From positions 1 through 29,996 of the forward strand of contig JAVYLZ010000007.1 of assembly GCA_038740245.1 (NCBI GenBank): a stretch of 29,996 nt of DNA. The letters run 5' to 3'. Below, in pieces: positions 16,706 to 24,890 of the stretch (its first letter is position 1; every line of letters starts with the position of its first letter). Under the pieces are notes generated by a model. The model had not been told where the DNA came from. It was given only the letters and a program-made list of their open reading frames with translations, and did not search any database. Origin of the DNA: Candidatus Micrarchaeia archaeon (lineage in GTDB: Archaea > Micrarchaeota > Micrarchaeia > CAILAH01). A program made the position numbers and the translations under genes.

Positions 16706-17416
16706 ATGTGGCGTTTTAAGAATAAGGTCTCCAGGGAGCAGCGCGATGAGCTTCGTGCGCGTGCACTGGATTTTATAGACCTTGCAAAGAGCGGCACTAT
16801 GCTGCCCAAGCAGCTTGAAGAATCATTTATGGTATACCTGCCGCAGGCCGCACGTGCGGGCGACATATGGCTTGTATCGCTGCTCATGAATAGCGGCGCG
16901 GTCAAGTTCAGCGGGGCGTGCGAGAAAGCACTGCTTGAGGCGCTGCACAGCCGCGACGACAAGATAGTTGCAAACATACTCGGCAGGCGGCCGCCACTTA
17001 CAAAAGAGGCGCTTAACAGCCTCCTGATCATTGCCGCAAAAAATAATGCCTGGAAAAACATCCCTATGCTGGTTTTTACGGGTGCAAGTGTTGATGCACG
17101 CACACCCACCGGCGATACTGCGCTGATAACCGCGCTTCGTGCCGGCGCACGGGAGGCGGCACGCACGCTCATACTTGCAGGCGCGGATGTAAATGCGAAA
17201 GGTGAGAAGGGCACGCCACTAATGCACGCAGCCGAGAATGCATACTATGATTTGTGCGATATTCTGATATCGCTGGGCGCCGATCCGCTTGCGCAGGTGT
17301 GCGGCTACAGGGCGATTGACTGTGCGCGCGATGCGAAGACATTCAGGCTTATTGACAAGTGGCGCACAATACGGCTTTTATCGCAGTTCAGGGAGTTTGA
17401 CCACTCAATAAGCTGA
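16706..17416 (+). CDS. Ankyrin-repeat protein
   Basis: GASVDARTPTGDTALITA, GADVNAKGEKGTPLMHAA and LISLGADP repeats. Likely start ATG 16706, downstream of a BRE/TATA at about 16670-16683. Confidence 0.85.
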   Translation: MWRFKNKVSREQRDELRARALDFIDLAKSGTMLPKQLEESFMVYLPQAARAGDIWLVSLLMNSGAVKFSGACEKALLEALHSRDDKIVANILGRRPPLTKEALNSLLIIAAKNNAWKNIPMLVFTGASVDARTPTGDTALITALRAGAREAARTLILAGADVNAKGEKGTPLMHAAENAYYDLCDILISLGADPLAQVCGYRAIDCARDAKTFRLIDKWRTIRLLSQFREFDHSIS

Positions 17417-17441
17417 GGTTTTTCAGGCGGCTGCCCGGCAT

Positions 17442-19283
17442 TCACATGTTGCGTATTGCGGGTATGCCAAGTATTTTCAGGCAGCGTTCCAGTGCATGCG
17501 CAAACTTTGCAACGAGGCGTTTCCGGCTTTCGCATACATCTTTTTCAGAGCCGATAACGCGGCAGCTCGCATAAAACGCATTAAAGTCCGAGCACAGGGC
17601 TATTGCATAATCTGCAACGCGGTGCGGCTCGTACAGCTCAGCCGCCTTTAACAATACTTCGTCAAGCTTTGCGATTGAGCGTGCAAGCTTCTTTTCGGCG
17701 GGCTCGGTGAGCACGGGAGTGCCGTCCCACTGTGCATCAGCATCCTCTTTATCAAGTATGTGCATCGCACGCGCATATGAGTACTGAAGGTATGGACCGC
17801 TGTCACCCTCAAACGTGAGCGCCTTGTCCCACTCAAACACCAGCTCTTTCTCAGGGCTTATGCGCACGAATGAGAACCGTATCGCTGCAACACCGGCAGC
17901 GCGCGCAATAACCTCCTTCTCTTCTTCCGAGTATTCCCTGAACCTGTCGCCCACAAGCGCCCTCGCGCGCGAAACACTTTCATCTATGAGCTCGTCCGCA
18001 GAATACCCTATCCACGTTCCCTTCCTGCCAGAGAACCTGCCTTCCCTGAGCCGTGCATGGCCGTACGCAACGTGGACATACCTGTGCACGGCATCCTTAA
18101 ACCCGGCCATCTCAAGCGCCGCGCGTATCACCTTCTGCGGGTATTCCTGCTCAACACCTATTATGTTCACCACAATGTCCGCACCGTTGAATTCCGGGCT
18201 CGGAGCACCGTCTTGGCAGCTGGTGGCCACGCGGTCCCCCGTGGCAGTTGTGACGGGCGATTCGCAAAACTTAAGGTTTGCGTCCGTAAGCCCGAGCTTC
18301 CACATCTGGAACGCAATATCCTTTGCGGTGTACGTGGCGACACCGTTTGAGCGTATAATTACCTTATCGGCATCTTCCATTCCCTTAAATTCAGGATGCC
18401 CGCTCAATCGTATTACTTTACAGCCCGCATTCTTGCCCACACGCTCGCTCACAAGCACTCCCTTTTCCTCAAGCACTGCAAGAGCCTTTGAAAGCAGGCC
18501 TGCACGCACAATATCGCTTTCCCATACGAGCACGTCCTGTGCAATGCCGTACGCATTAAGCGTCTGTGATTGTGCAGCCACGCATTTTAGGCACATATCA
18601 CGGCCCTTGGCGCACACTTCACTCCCGTGCTCAAGGTCATACATTATTTTCTCAACCTTTTCCTTGAGTGCAGTGTCCGTTTCCATATGCGCAGCAACCT
18701 CAACGTACTGCTCCCCCAGCAAATGGTCAAACTTTTTGGCGGCTGCTGCGTGCGCACCGTGCTCAAGGTAATAGCACAGGCTCTGTGCCACCTGTAAACC
18801 AAGGTCATCTATGTAATTCATGCGTATGACGCGGTGGCCGCACTCGGCAAGCAGTGAGGATATGCAGTCGCCAAGTATTGCGTTGCGCAGGTGGCCGATG
18901 TGCAGCGGCTTGTTGGGGTTCACCGACGGGTATTCAACTATTACTTTCCTGCCGGTGGCCGGGGCGGGCGCATCATGCCGTGAGAGGAATGACAAGTAGA
19001 ACTGCTTCGTTAGCACAAAATTAATATAACCACCTGCGACTGATGCGGAGACATATTCAATGTCCGCCAGGTGTGGCAGCAGTCGTTTGGCGATTTCCTG
19101 CGGCGGGAGCTTTGCTTCTTTAGCAACACGGAACGCTATGCGGCACTCAATATCAACCCCTTCAACACCGCCGTCCTGCACAAGCAGTGCCACCTCTTCT
19201 GCGGGCATTGTGATGCCAAATTCCTTTGCAAGTGCGTTTGATACTTCTGTGGAAATTATGCGTTTTACCCTAAGGATATCCAT
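17442..19283 (-). CDS. argS: Arginine--tRNA ligase
   Basis: VEYPSVNPNKPLHIGHLRN (HIGH motif), FSGRKG, GDSGPYLQY.YARA, and a C-terminal DALR domain ending in M. Confidence 0.97.
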   Translation of the reverse strand: MDILRVKRIISTEVSNALAKEFGITMPAEEVALLVQDGGVEGVDIECRIAFRVAKEAKLPPQEIAKRLLPHLADIEYVSASVAGGYINFVLTKQFYLSFLSRHDAPAPATGRKVIVEYPSVNPNKPLHIGHLRNAILGDCISSLLAECGHRVIRMNYIDDLGLQVAQSLCYYLEHGAHAAAAKKFDHLLGEQYVEVAAHMETDTALKEKVEKIMYDLEHGSEVCAKGRDMCLKCVAAQSQTLNAYGIAQDVLVWESDIVRAGLLSKALAVLEEKGVLVSERVGKNAGCKVIRLSGHPEFKGMEDADKVIIRSNGVATYTAKDIAFQMWKLGLTDANLKFCESPVTTATGDRVATSCQDGAPSPEFNGADIVVNIIGVEQEYPQKVIRAALEMAGFKDAVHRYVHVAYGHARLREGRFSGRKGTWIGYSADELIDESVSRARALVGDRFREYSEEEKEVIARAAGVAAIRFSFVRISPEKELVFEWDKALTFEGDSGPYLQYSYARAMHILDKEDADAQWDGTPVLTEPAEKKLARSIAKLDEVLLKAAELYEPHRVADYAIALCSDFNAFYASCRVIGSEKDVCESRKRLVAKFAHALERCLKILGIPAIRNM

Positions 19284-19318
19284 GTGCGCACCCTGTATCT
19301 ATAGTTACATCAACCCAT

Positions 19319-20020
19319 TCACTTGAGCACCTTCCCCGTTTTCATATACCACAAGCACAAATCCAGCTTGCCGAGCGGCATGTGCATAACATCAGAGAGC
19401 TGCCGGAGCACGTGCTCAACCGCAATATACCTCCGCTTATTCATTGTCCTGAACTCTCCGATTAGCCCATACCTCCTCAGCAGCGAGAGTATATGCTTGT
19501 CAAGTATCGCCACATCGCCATACCCCACATTCCTCAGGAAATGGCTCGCCTCTTTGTACCCCATCCCTTTTACGTTGCCAACGAGCCACTCACGCGCTCT
19601 GTACACATTGCCCTGCGCACGCACTGTTTTCTTGAGCTTCCCGTCATGCTTGCGGGCCAGCAGTATGTATTTGGCGCGCGTGTTGTAGAACCGCGAGCCC
19701 GCATCCTTAAGGAGCGCGGGCAGCCTGTTTTTTGGCGCCTTCGCAAAGCCCGCATACCCGACTTTTTTTTGGACGCGAATGCCCATCTCAGCGGAAGTGT
19801 TTGCTGTAAGCAGGCAGAAGCACAGCTCTTCAAACCACTTCTGCTCGCCGGCGCGCTGCATGGCCAACAGCTCGCCCCACCGCTTTTCAATGGCCGGCAT
19901 TTCAGGGGCACACTTGCGTGCAATATCTGCTGCAAGCAGGCACACCTCCTTGCCGGGGTTCTGCTTTTTATGCCACTGCGCATGTGCACAGGCACGTGAA
20001 AGCGAAGTTGCATCAAGCAT
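19319..20020 (-). CDS. ogg: 8-oxoguanine DNA glycosylase / AP lyase (archaeal Ogg, HhH-GPD)
   Basis: ELCFCLLTAN.SA, RFYN.RA.YI, KGMGYKEASHFLRNVG, AILDKHIL and LDL.LWY..TG.VLK motifs. Confidence 0.94.
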   Translation of the reverse strand: MLDATSLSRACAHAQWHKKQNPGKEVCLLAADIARKCAPEMPAIEKRWGELLAMQRAGEQKWFEELCFCLLTANTSAEMGIRVQKKVGYAGFAKAPKNRLPALLKDAGSRFYNTRAKYILLARKHDGKLKKTVRAQGNVYRAREWLVGNVKGMGYKEASHFLRNVGYGDVAILDKHILSLLRRYGLIGEFRTMNKRRYIAVEHVLRQLSDVMHMPLGKLDLCLWYMKTGKVLK

Positions 20021-20059
20021 AAGGCATATTACCCCGCCAACCTTTTTAATTAGCGGCGG

Positions 20060-21850
20060 CTACTTTTTGCCGCCCAGTTTTTGCATAAGCTCCTCGGCAT
20101 CAACCTGCAGGCGGTACTTTGAAAGGATTTTTTTGGGGTCCTCCCCCTCCCTTGCGATGAGCGCATCCAGCTCCTTGCCGGTGATTCTCAGCAGCCCGCC
20201 AAGCTCAACGGCCTGCCGCACACCCACTTTTTTTGAGAGCACTTCGCGCAGCACCTGCTCCACGGCCTTCTTTGTTATCTCACCGGACGAGCATAGCAGC
20301 ACAGCTTCAATAATTACCTCATCATCAAGCGACTCAACGGGGAGACCTTCTCGCGACAGTGTCCTAAGCGTATTGGTAAACGTGACCGCAGCAATGGTCG
20401 GGTTGGCTCCCCGCTCAACCGCTGACAGGTACGCCTGCAAATATTTGGACCTTAGCAATTGCTCGGCAAGCTCCCTGTTAGTTTGCATTTCAAGCATCTT
20501 TAGTATTTCTGCAGGGTCCTTTGGCGCATACTTTGCGGCTTCCGCAAGCATCTCGCTTGTCACATCAATTGCCTTTACATCAGTTTCGGGATACATTCTC
20601 GCCCCCGTGGCCATCGGCCGCATATACCGCGTATCCCCGCCACCAAGCGATTTCCTGGTTTCTGAGGGCACCTCACGCATATACGCGCGCCGTACAATCT
20701 CCCTGAATGCAAGCTGCATCCTCCTGTCATTTGCGCCCACAAGTATCGCATACGAATCATTTCCTGATGCACCGATGGCCGCCTCAACGGCCGTACGGTC
20801 AAGACCGTATTTTGACAGGTCCTCATCACCGTGTATCATCCCGCCGAACCCGAACGGCCGTGCGTAATCGCTCACCTCAGTGCCGTATCTCCTGCCGGCA
20901 AACAGCTCAGTGCCCATAATGCCCTTGAGCCCTGGCAGTTTTACCGCAACCGCACGTGCACCGCCAGCAACCGCCTTGGCAAGCCAGCCCTTCGCATTTT
21001 TTGCGCACTCAGTTATGTCAACAGTATCAAAAGTGGCTGCTGGAGGCATCTTTGGCACACGCGGCAGTATCTCAATAAGCTTCTTCTGACGCTGCGCCTC
21101 ACGTTCCACAATTAGCGGTATCTCATCAAGCTCCTGCACGCCCTTTATCTCAACACGCGCACCGCCGGGTATTGATATGTTAAGGTCCTGCCGTATGGTG
21201 CCGATGCCGCGCGCGGCCATCCCCGTCATCCTGAGCATCATACCGATTGCAAGCGCAACCTCGCGCGCCTCCTCACCGCTTGTGATGCACGGCTCCGTGG
21301 CAATCTCTATGAGCGGTATGCCGAGGCGGTTAAGCGCAAACCGTGCACCGTTGCCGTCCTCAACAATGCCTGCGCTCTCCTCCTCAAGGCACAGTGTTTG
21401 TATGCCAATTTTTCTGTCGCCAACGGTGAGCGCACCGCCAAGCGATACTATTGAAGTCCTTTGGAAGCCGGAGGTGTTGCTCCCGTCAATGACCGCCTTC
21501 CGCATCACATAAATCCTGTCAGGTATGTCCGCGTTGAGATAACGCGACACTGCAAGCGCAACAAGCAGTGCGGTGTGGTCCATCTCATGCGGCGGCTCCT
21601 CATCAAGCTCAACAAGGCAGCAGTTGTCGTAAACCTCATATGTAAACTCCTTGCCGCGCATCTCCTCCTGCACTGCAGCAACATCCTCTTCACCGAGCTC
21701 GCTGCGCACGCTGTGCAGCCTTCTTTTTATTGTGAAGAGCGGGCCGTTTTTATTTGCGTGGGGGCACCTGCAGAACAGCTTGCCGGTGTTAAGCCGCTGG
21801 TGTATCTCAAGGCCTATTTTTATGCCGCTGCCCATACGATTCCCCAACAC
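20060..21850 (-). CDS. gatE: Glutamyl-tRNA(Gln) amidotransferase subunit E
   Basis: GLEIHQ.L..GKLFC.CP, LVELDEEPPH, MRK.VIDGSNTSGFQRT, RGIGTIRQDLNISI and RMYPETD motifs. Start is 21850 (GTG) or 21835 (ATG). Confidence 0.97.
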   Translation of the reverse strand: MLGNRMGSGIKIGLEIHQRLNTGKLFCRCPHANKNGPLFTIKRRLHSVRSELGEEDVAAVQEEMRGKEFTYEVYDNCCLVELDEEPPHEMDHTALLVALAVSRYLNADIPDRIYVMRKAVIDGSNTSGFQRTSIVSLGGALTVGDRKIGIQTLCLEEESAGIVEDGNGARFALNRLGIPLIEIATEPCITSGEEAREVALAIGMMLRMTGMAARGIGTIRQDLNISIPGGARVEIKGVQELDEIPLIVEREAQRQKKLIEILPRVPKMPPAATFDTVDITECAKNAKGWLAKAVAGGARAVAVKLPGLKGIMGTELFAGRRYGTEVSDYARPFGFGGMIHGDEDLSKYGLDRTAVEAAIGASGNDSYAILVGANDRRMQLAFREIVRRAYMREVPSETRKSLGGGDTRYMRPMATGARMYPETDVKAIDVTSEMLAEAAKYAPKDPAEILKMLEMQTNRELAEQLLRSKYLQAYLSAVERGANPTIAAVTFTNTLRTLSREGLPVESLDDEVIIEAVLLCSSGEITKKAVEQVLREVLSKKVGVRQAVELGGLLRITGKELDALIAREGEDPKKILSKYRLQVDAEELMQKLGGKK

Positions 21851-21856
21851 GCATCC

Positions 21857-22870
21857 TCACTGGCCGGCACTTTGGTAGCACAGCGCCGCCTGCTCCGGAT
21901 ATTCAGCCGCATTTATGAGCGCACAGTCCTCCTTCTTCACCTTGCCCTTCACGATTGCGTTGTTGAAGCAGGCAAGCCGCCCGCTGACAACTATTTTTTC
22001 GCAGTAGTGCGGCTTGTAATATTTCTGTGCGACTATGCTGATGCAGTAATCCCTGTCCTTATACGGGTCATGAGTAAACGTTTCAGCAATCTCAAGGCAC
22101 GGCTCAATGATACCCCTCTCCATTGCAGCAGATGTGTAGCAAGCTTTCCTTTCTGGGTAATAGAGTATCTTCGCACAGAGGCTGTAATGGCCGGATGACG
22201 CTGCAACTGCAGCATAGCACTCATCCTTGTAGCGGCTTAATGAGATGCCTTCACAGATCTCGCTGTCCTTCCCAGTGACACGTGAGTATTGCCTGATGCA
22301 TTCCTTATGCAAGGCATCATATTCAAGCTCGGTGTAGCACAGCATATAATTTCCTTCAACTATTGCACGGCAGGCAACCGCATTATAATCCCCTATCAGC
22401 GAGCAGGCACTGCTGTTTTTTGTGGCGTTCGCAAAGCCAATGAGACATCCCACATTATCCCCGCAATGTCTGTAATCCCCAGTTGCAAGCGCCTTGCACA
22501 GGCCGGCATCGCCCGCGCTTGCGCACCTTGCGTTAAGCGCCTTCTCATTGCATTCATTGCGTATTCCATCATCTGAAATTTCTTCGCACTCAAGCCTGCC
22601 AAGGTAGCACTCATCGCGCAGCCCGCTGTCCGCAATCTCACTGCACAGCCCTTCTGAAAGCAGGCACGCGTCAACTTCGGTGCGCGTAAGTGCGGTGCAC
22701 GGGCCGACAGTGATATTCTTTGTGATGTTTGCCTCACCTGCACCAGTGCCGGTTTGGTTTTCCTCTGCAACCGGCTCTTCTGTGGTGGTCCCATCATTTT
22801 GCGGCGGGGTGACACAGCCGCCAAGCAGGATTATCAGTATTAATGCAAGCACAAAAGCAATTCCTCTCAT
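21857..22870 (-). CDS. Cys-rich repeat lipoprotein (C-x2-I-x5-9-C-Y-type helical repeats)
   Basis: LGGC lipobox, a Thr/Glu linker, then 24 Cys in about 12 pairs (e.g. CSEIADSGLRDECY, CEGISLSRYKDECY, CAKILYYPERKACY). Confidence 0.82.
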   Translation of the reverse strand: MRGIAFVLALILIILLGGCVTPPQNDGTTTEEPVAEENQTGTGAGEANITKNITVGPCTALTRTEVDACLLSEGLCSEIADSGLRDECYLGRLECEEISDDGIRNECNEKALNARCASAGDAGLCKALATGDYRHCGDNVGCLIGFANATKNSSACSLIGDYNAVACRAIVEGNYMLCYTELEYDALHKECIRQYSRVTGKDSEICEGISLSRYKDECYAAVAASSGHYSLCAKILYYPERKACYTSAAMERGIIEPCLEIAETFTHDPYKDRDYCISIVAQKYYKPHYCEKIVVSGRLACFNNAIVKGKVKKEDCALINAAEYPEQAALCYQSAGQ

Positions 22871-22907
22871 AAGCATACATCTCACTCAACATTTAAAAAG
22901 AGGAGCA

Positions 22908-23025
22908 AGCTCCTGCCGGGATTTGAACCCGGGTCTTCGGCGTTCCCCAGGAAACCTAAGGGGGCGCTCCCCCTTTGGTTGGCTGTGAGAGGCCAACGTC
23001 CTTGACCGGACTAGACTACAGGAGC
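22908..23025 (-). tRNA. tRNA-Glu(CUC) with a 43-nt canonical 37/38 intron (22943-22985)
   Basis: Acceptor stem GCTCCTG/CAGGAGC, anticodon stem TTGGC/GCCGA, loop CT-CTC-A^C, T-arm CCGGG-TTCAAAT-CCCGG. BHB has central helix CTCT/GGGG with CA^C and AA^C bulges. No encoded CCA. Confidence 0.9.
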
Positions 23026-23186
23026 CGGTGCTGGATTTAAGGCGTGGAACTAATTTAAAGTTTTTGAGGGAGGATCGGGTGCCGCATAAATGTCAGGCTG
23101 CCGCGGGCCGTCTTTAGGTGGCGCACCGGTTGCTTGATGCTGTGGTGTGCAAGTGCTTTATTTTATTTGCCGTATAAATCCCTAGC

Positions 23187-24551
23187 ATGGTAAAGGTCAT
23201 TGCCACGTACGGCCCTTCACTTTACGATAGTAAACTGCTTGCACAGGTGTGCCAGGAATGCGATGTTATCCGGCAGAACATCTCGCACCAGGAGCCGGAT
23301 GAGGCGGTGCGGACGTTTAACCTGCTGCGCAAGTACAACCGCGCGATAATGATAGACACCAGCGGGCCGGAGGTGCGGCTGCACACGCAGGAGAAAATCA
23401 CGCTCAAGAAGGGAGACACAATTGAGATGGGGGCAGGCAACAGTGGTGCACGCGTGTGGCTTGACCAGCCGCTGCACAAGCATCTGGAAGTCGGCGATTC
23501 AGTATACCTTGACGATGGCATGTGCGAGCTGCGAGTTGCGGACAAGCGTGGCGAAGCCATCATTTTCAAGGCGGTTGATGACGTATGCCTGCGCAACAGG
23601 ATGGCTGTAAACCTGCGCGGGCGCTCGTTCACATTCCCAATACTCAAGGATTCGGACATACAGGTGCTAAGGGCAGTTTCACCCTCATTTATCGCGCTTT
23701 CATACACACGCACCTACAAGGACGTGCGCGAGGCGCGCAAGTATACTCGCGCCAAAATAATAGCTAAGATAGAGAACAAGGAGGGCATCTCAAACATTGA
23801 GGAGATACTTGCCGAGGCCGATGGCGTTATGATTGCACGCGGCGACCTCGGGATTGAGGTGCCCGCCGAGGAAGTGCCAATTTTGCAGAAGCGCATAGTT
23901 GAGCTGGCAAACAATTACGCAAAGCCGAGCGTTGTGGCTACACAGGTGCTTTATTCAATGGTTGACAAGCCGGTCCCTACACGTGCGGAGGTAAGCGACA
24001 TTGCAAATGCCGTGCTTGACGGCACAGATGCCATCCTGCTCTCAAACGAGACCGCTGTTGGCAAGTACCCGCTTCAGGCGATTCGGCAGATTAAGAAGGT
24101 TGGTGTGCGTGTGGCACCTTACGTCCGTTCCAAAGTGCCTGATGACCTGCGCAACACCGCCATAGACCCCATCTCTGACATGCTCAGCAAAACGCTAAGG
24201 ACGATTGCACTCAACAAGCAGATTACCAAGATAGTGGTGATAACGCGTTCTGGATACAGTGCACGCCTGATTTCGCGCTTTAAGATACACAAGCCGGTAA
24301 TCGCAATAACCACAGAGCCGGATGTTGCGCTTGAAATGTCCCTGCTTTACAACATCATCCCCGTGCGCTGGACCAAGAAGCCGGAGCGCCACATTATTCC
24401 GCGCGCCGCCCTATTATGCCTTGAGCGGGGGCTTCTTGACGAGGAGGATACGGTAGTGTTTGCTGCGGCGGTGCGCACCAAGGCCTCAGGCGTTACAAAC
24501 ACCATTGAAGTGCATAAAATCTCAGACATGATGTCCTCACTGGGCATCTGA
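23187..24551 (+). CDS. pyk: Pyruvate kinase
   Basis: IAT.GPS, R.N.SH, DT.GPEVR, AKIEN, DGVMIARGDLG.E, PTRAEVSDIANA and LS.ETAVGKYP motifs. Confidence 0.97.
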   Translation: MVKVIATYGPSLYDSKLLAQVCQECDVIRQNISHQEPDEAVRTFNLLRKYNRAIMIDTSGPEVRLHTQEKITLKKGDTIEMGAGNSGARVWLDQPLHKHLEVGDSVYLDDGMCELRVADKRGEAIIFKAVDDVCLRNRMAVNLRGRSFTFPILKDSDIQVLRAVSPSFIALSYTRTYKDVREARKYTRAKIIAKIENKEGISNIEEILAEADGVMIARGDLGIEVPAEEVPILQKRIVELANNYAKPSVVATQVLYSMVDKPVPTRAEVSDIANAVLDGTDAILLSNETAVGKYPLQAIRQIKKVGVRVAPYVRSKVPDDLRNTAIDPISDMLSKTLRTIALNKQITKIVVITRSGYSARLISRFKIHKPVIAITTEPDVALEMSLLYNIIPVRWTKKPERHIIPRAALLCLERGLLDEEDTVVFAAAVRTKASGVTNTIEVHKISDMMSSLGI

Positions 24552-24552
24552 A

Positions 24553-24565
24553 TTTTTTGAAAAAA
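24553..24565. terminator. Probable bidirectional oligo-T terminator between convergent pyk and tRNA-Ser
   Basis: T6-G-A6 gives a U6 run on each strand immediately after each gene. Confidence 0.55.
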
Positions 24566-24566
24566 G

Positions 24567-24781
24567 CGCCGAGGGAGAGATTTGAACTCCCAAGCCCTTT
24601 CGGGCATACGCTCACTTTCCCATGTGGCCTGCCCATCTCCACTGACGGGATCACGAGCGGCCACACGTCACATCTAACCCCCGCAAAAGGGGTTAGGTGT
24701 AGAACACACGACACGCATTCGGCAGGGCCGAATCGTGCTGGGACTCAAGGCGTACGCATTACCGGGTTCTGCCACCTCGGC
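24567..24781 (-). tRNA. tRNA-Ser(UGA) with a 131-nt 37/38 intron (24613-24743)
   Basis: Acceptor stem GCCGAGG/CCTCGGC with G73, anticodon stem TACGC/GCGTA, loop CT-TGA-G^A, long variable arm GCCC-GAAA-GGGC, T-arm GGGAG-TTCAAAT-CTCTC. Relaxed BHB (CTTG/AAAG with AG^T and TG^A bulges, outer helix CCCA/TGGG). Confidence 0.9.
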
Positions 24782-24890
24782 CGAAGGGAGCCAGCGGCCA
24801 AATGCACTTTGTGCATATTCCGCCATAATCGCCCCGACCACTTATTCAACCCTCATAGTTTTTTAATGTTTAGTTTTTTGAAAAAAAGCC

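Noticed and set aside
17815..20867. 318-aa and 362-aa + strand ORFs
   Set aside because: Antisense shadows of argS, ogg and gatE, with Ser-rich composition typical of reverse-frame reading.
23079..23148. Possible long hairpin upstream of pyk
   Set aside because: It relies on many G-U pairs in G/T-rich sequence and lies upstream of the proximal TATA box, so I cannot distinguish it from chance by eye.
24745..24747. TGA anticodon read as a selenocysteine or suppressor tRNA
   Set aside because: Anticodon UGA decodes Ser UCA, whereas tRNA-Sec needs anticodon UCA. The 7-bp acceptor stem and G73 fit an ordinary tRNA-Ser.
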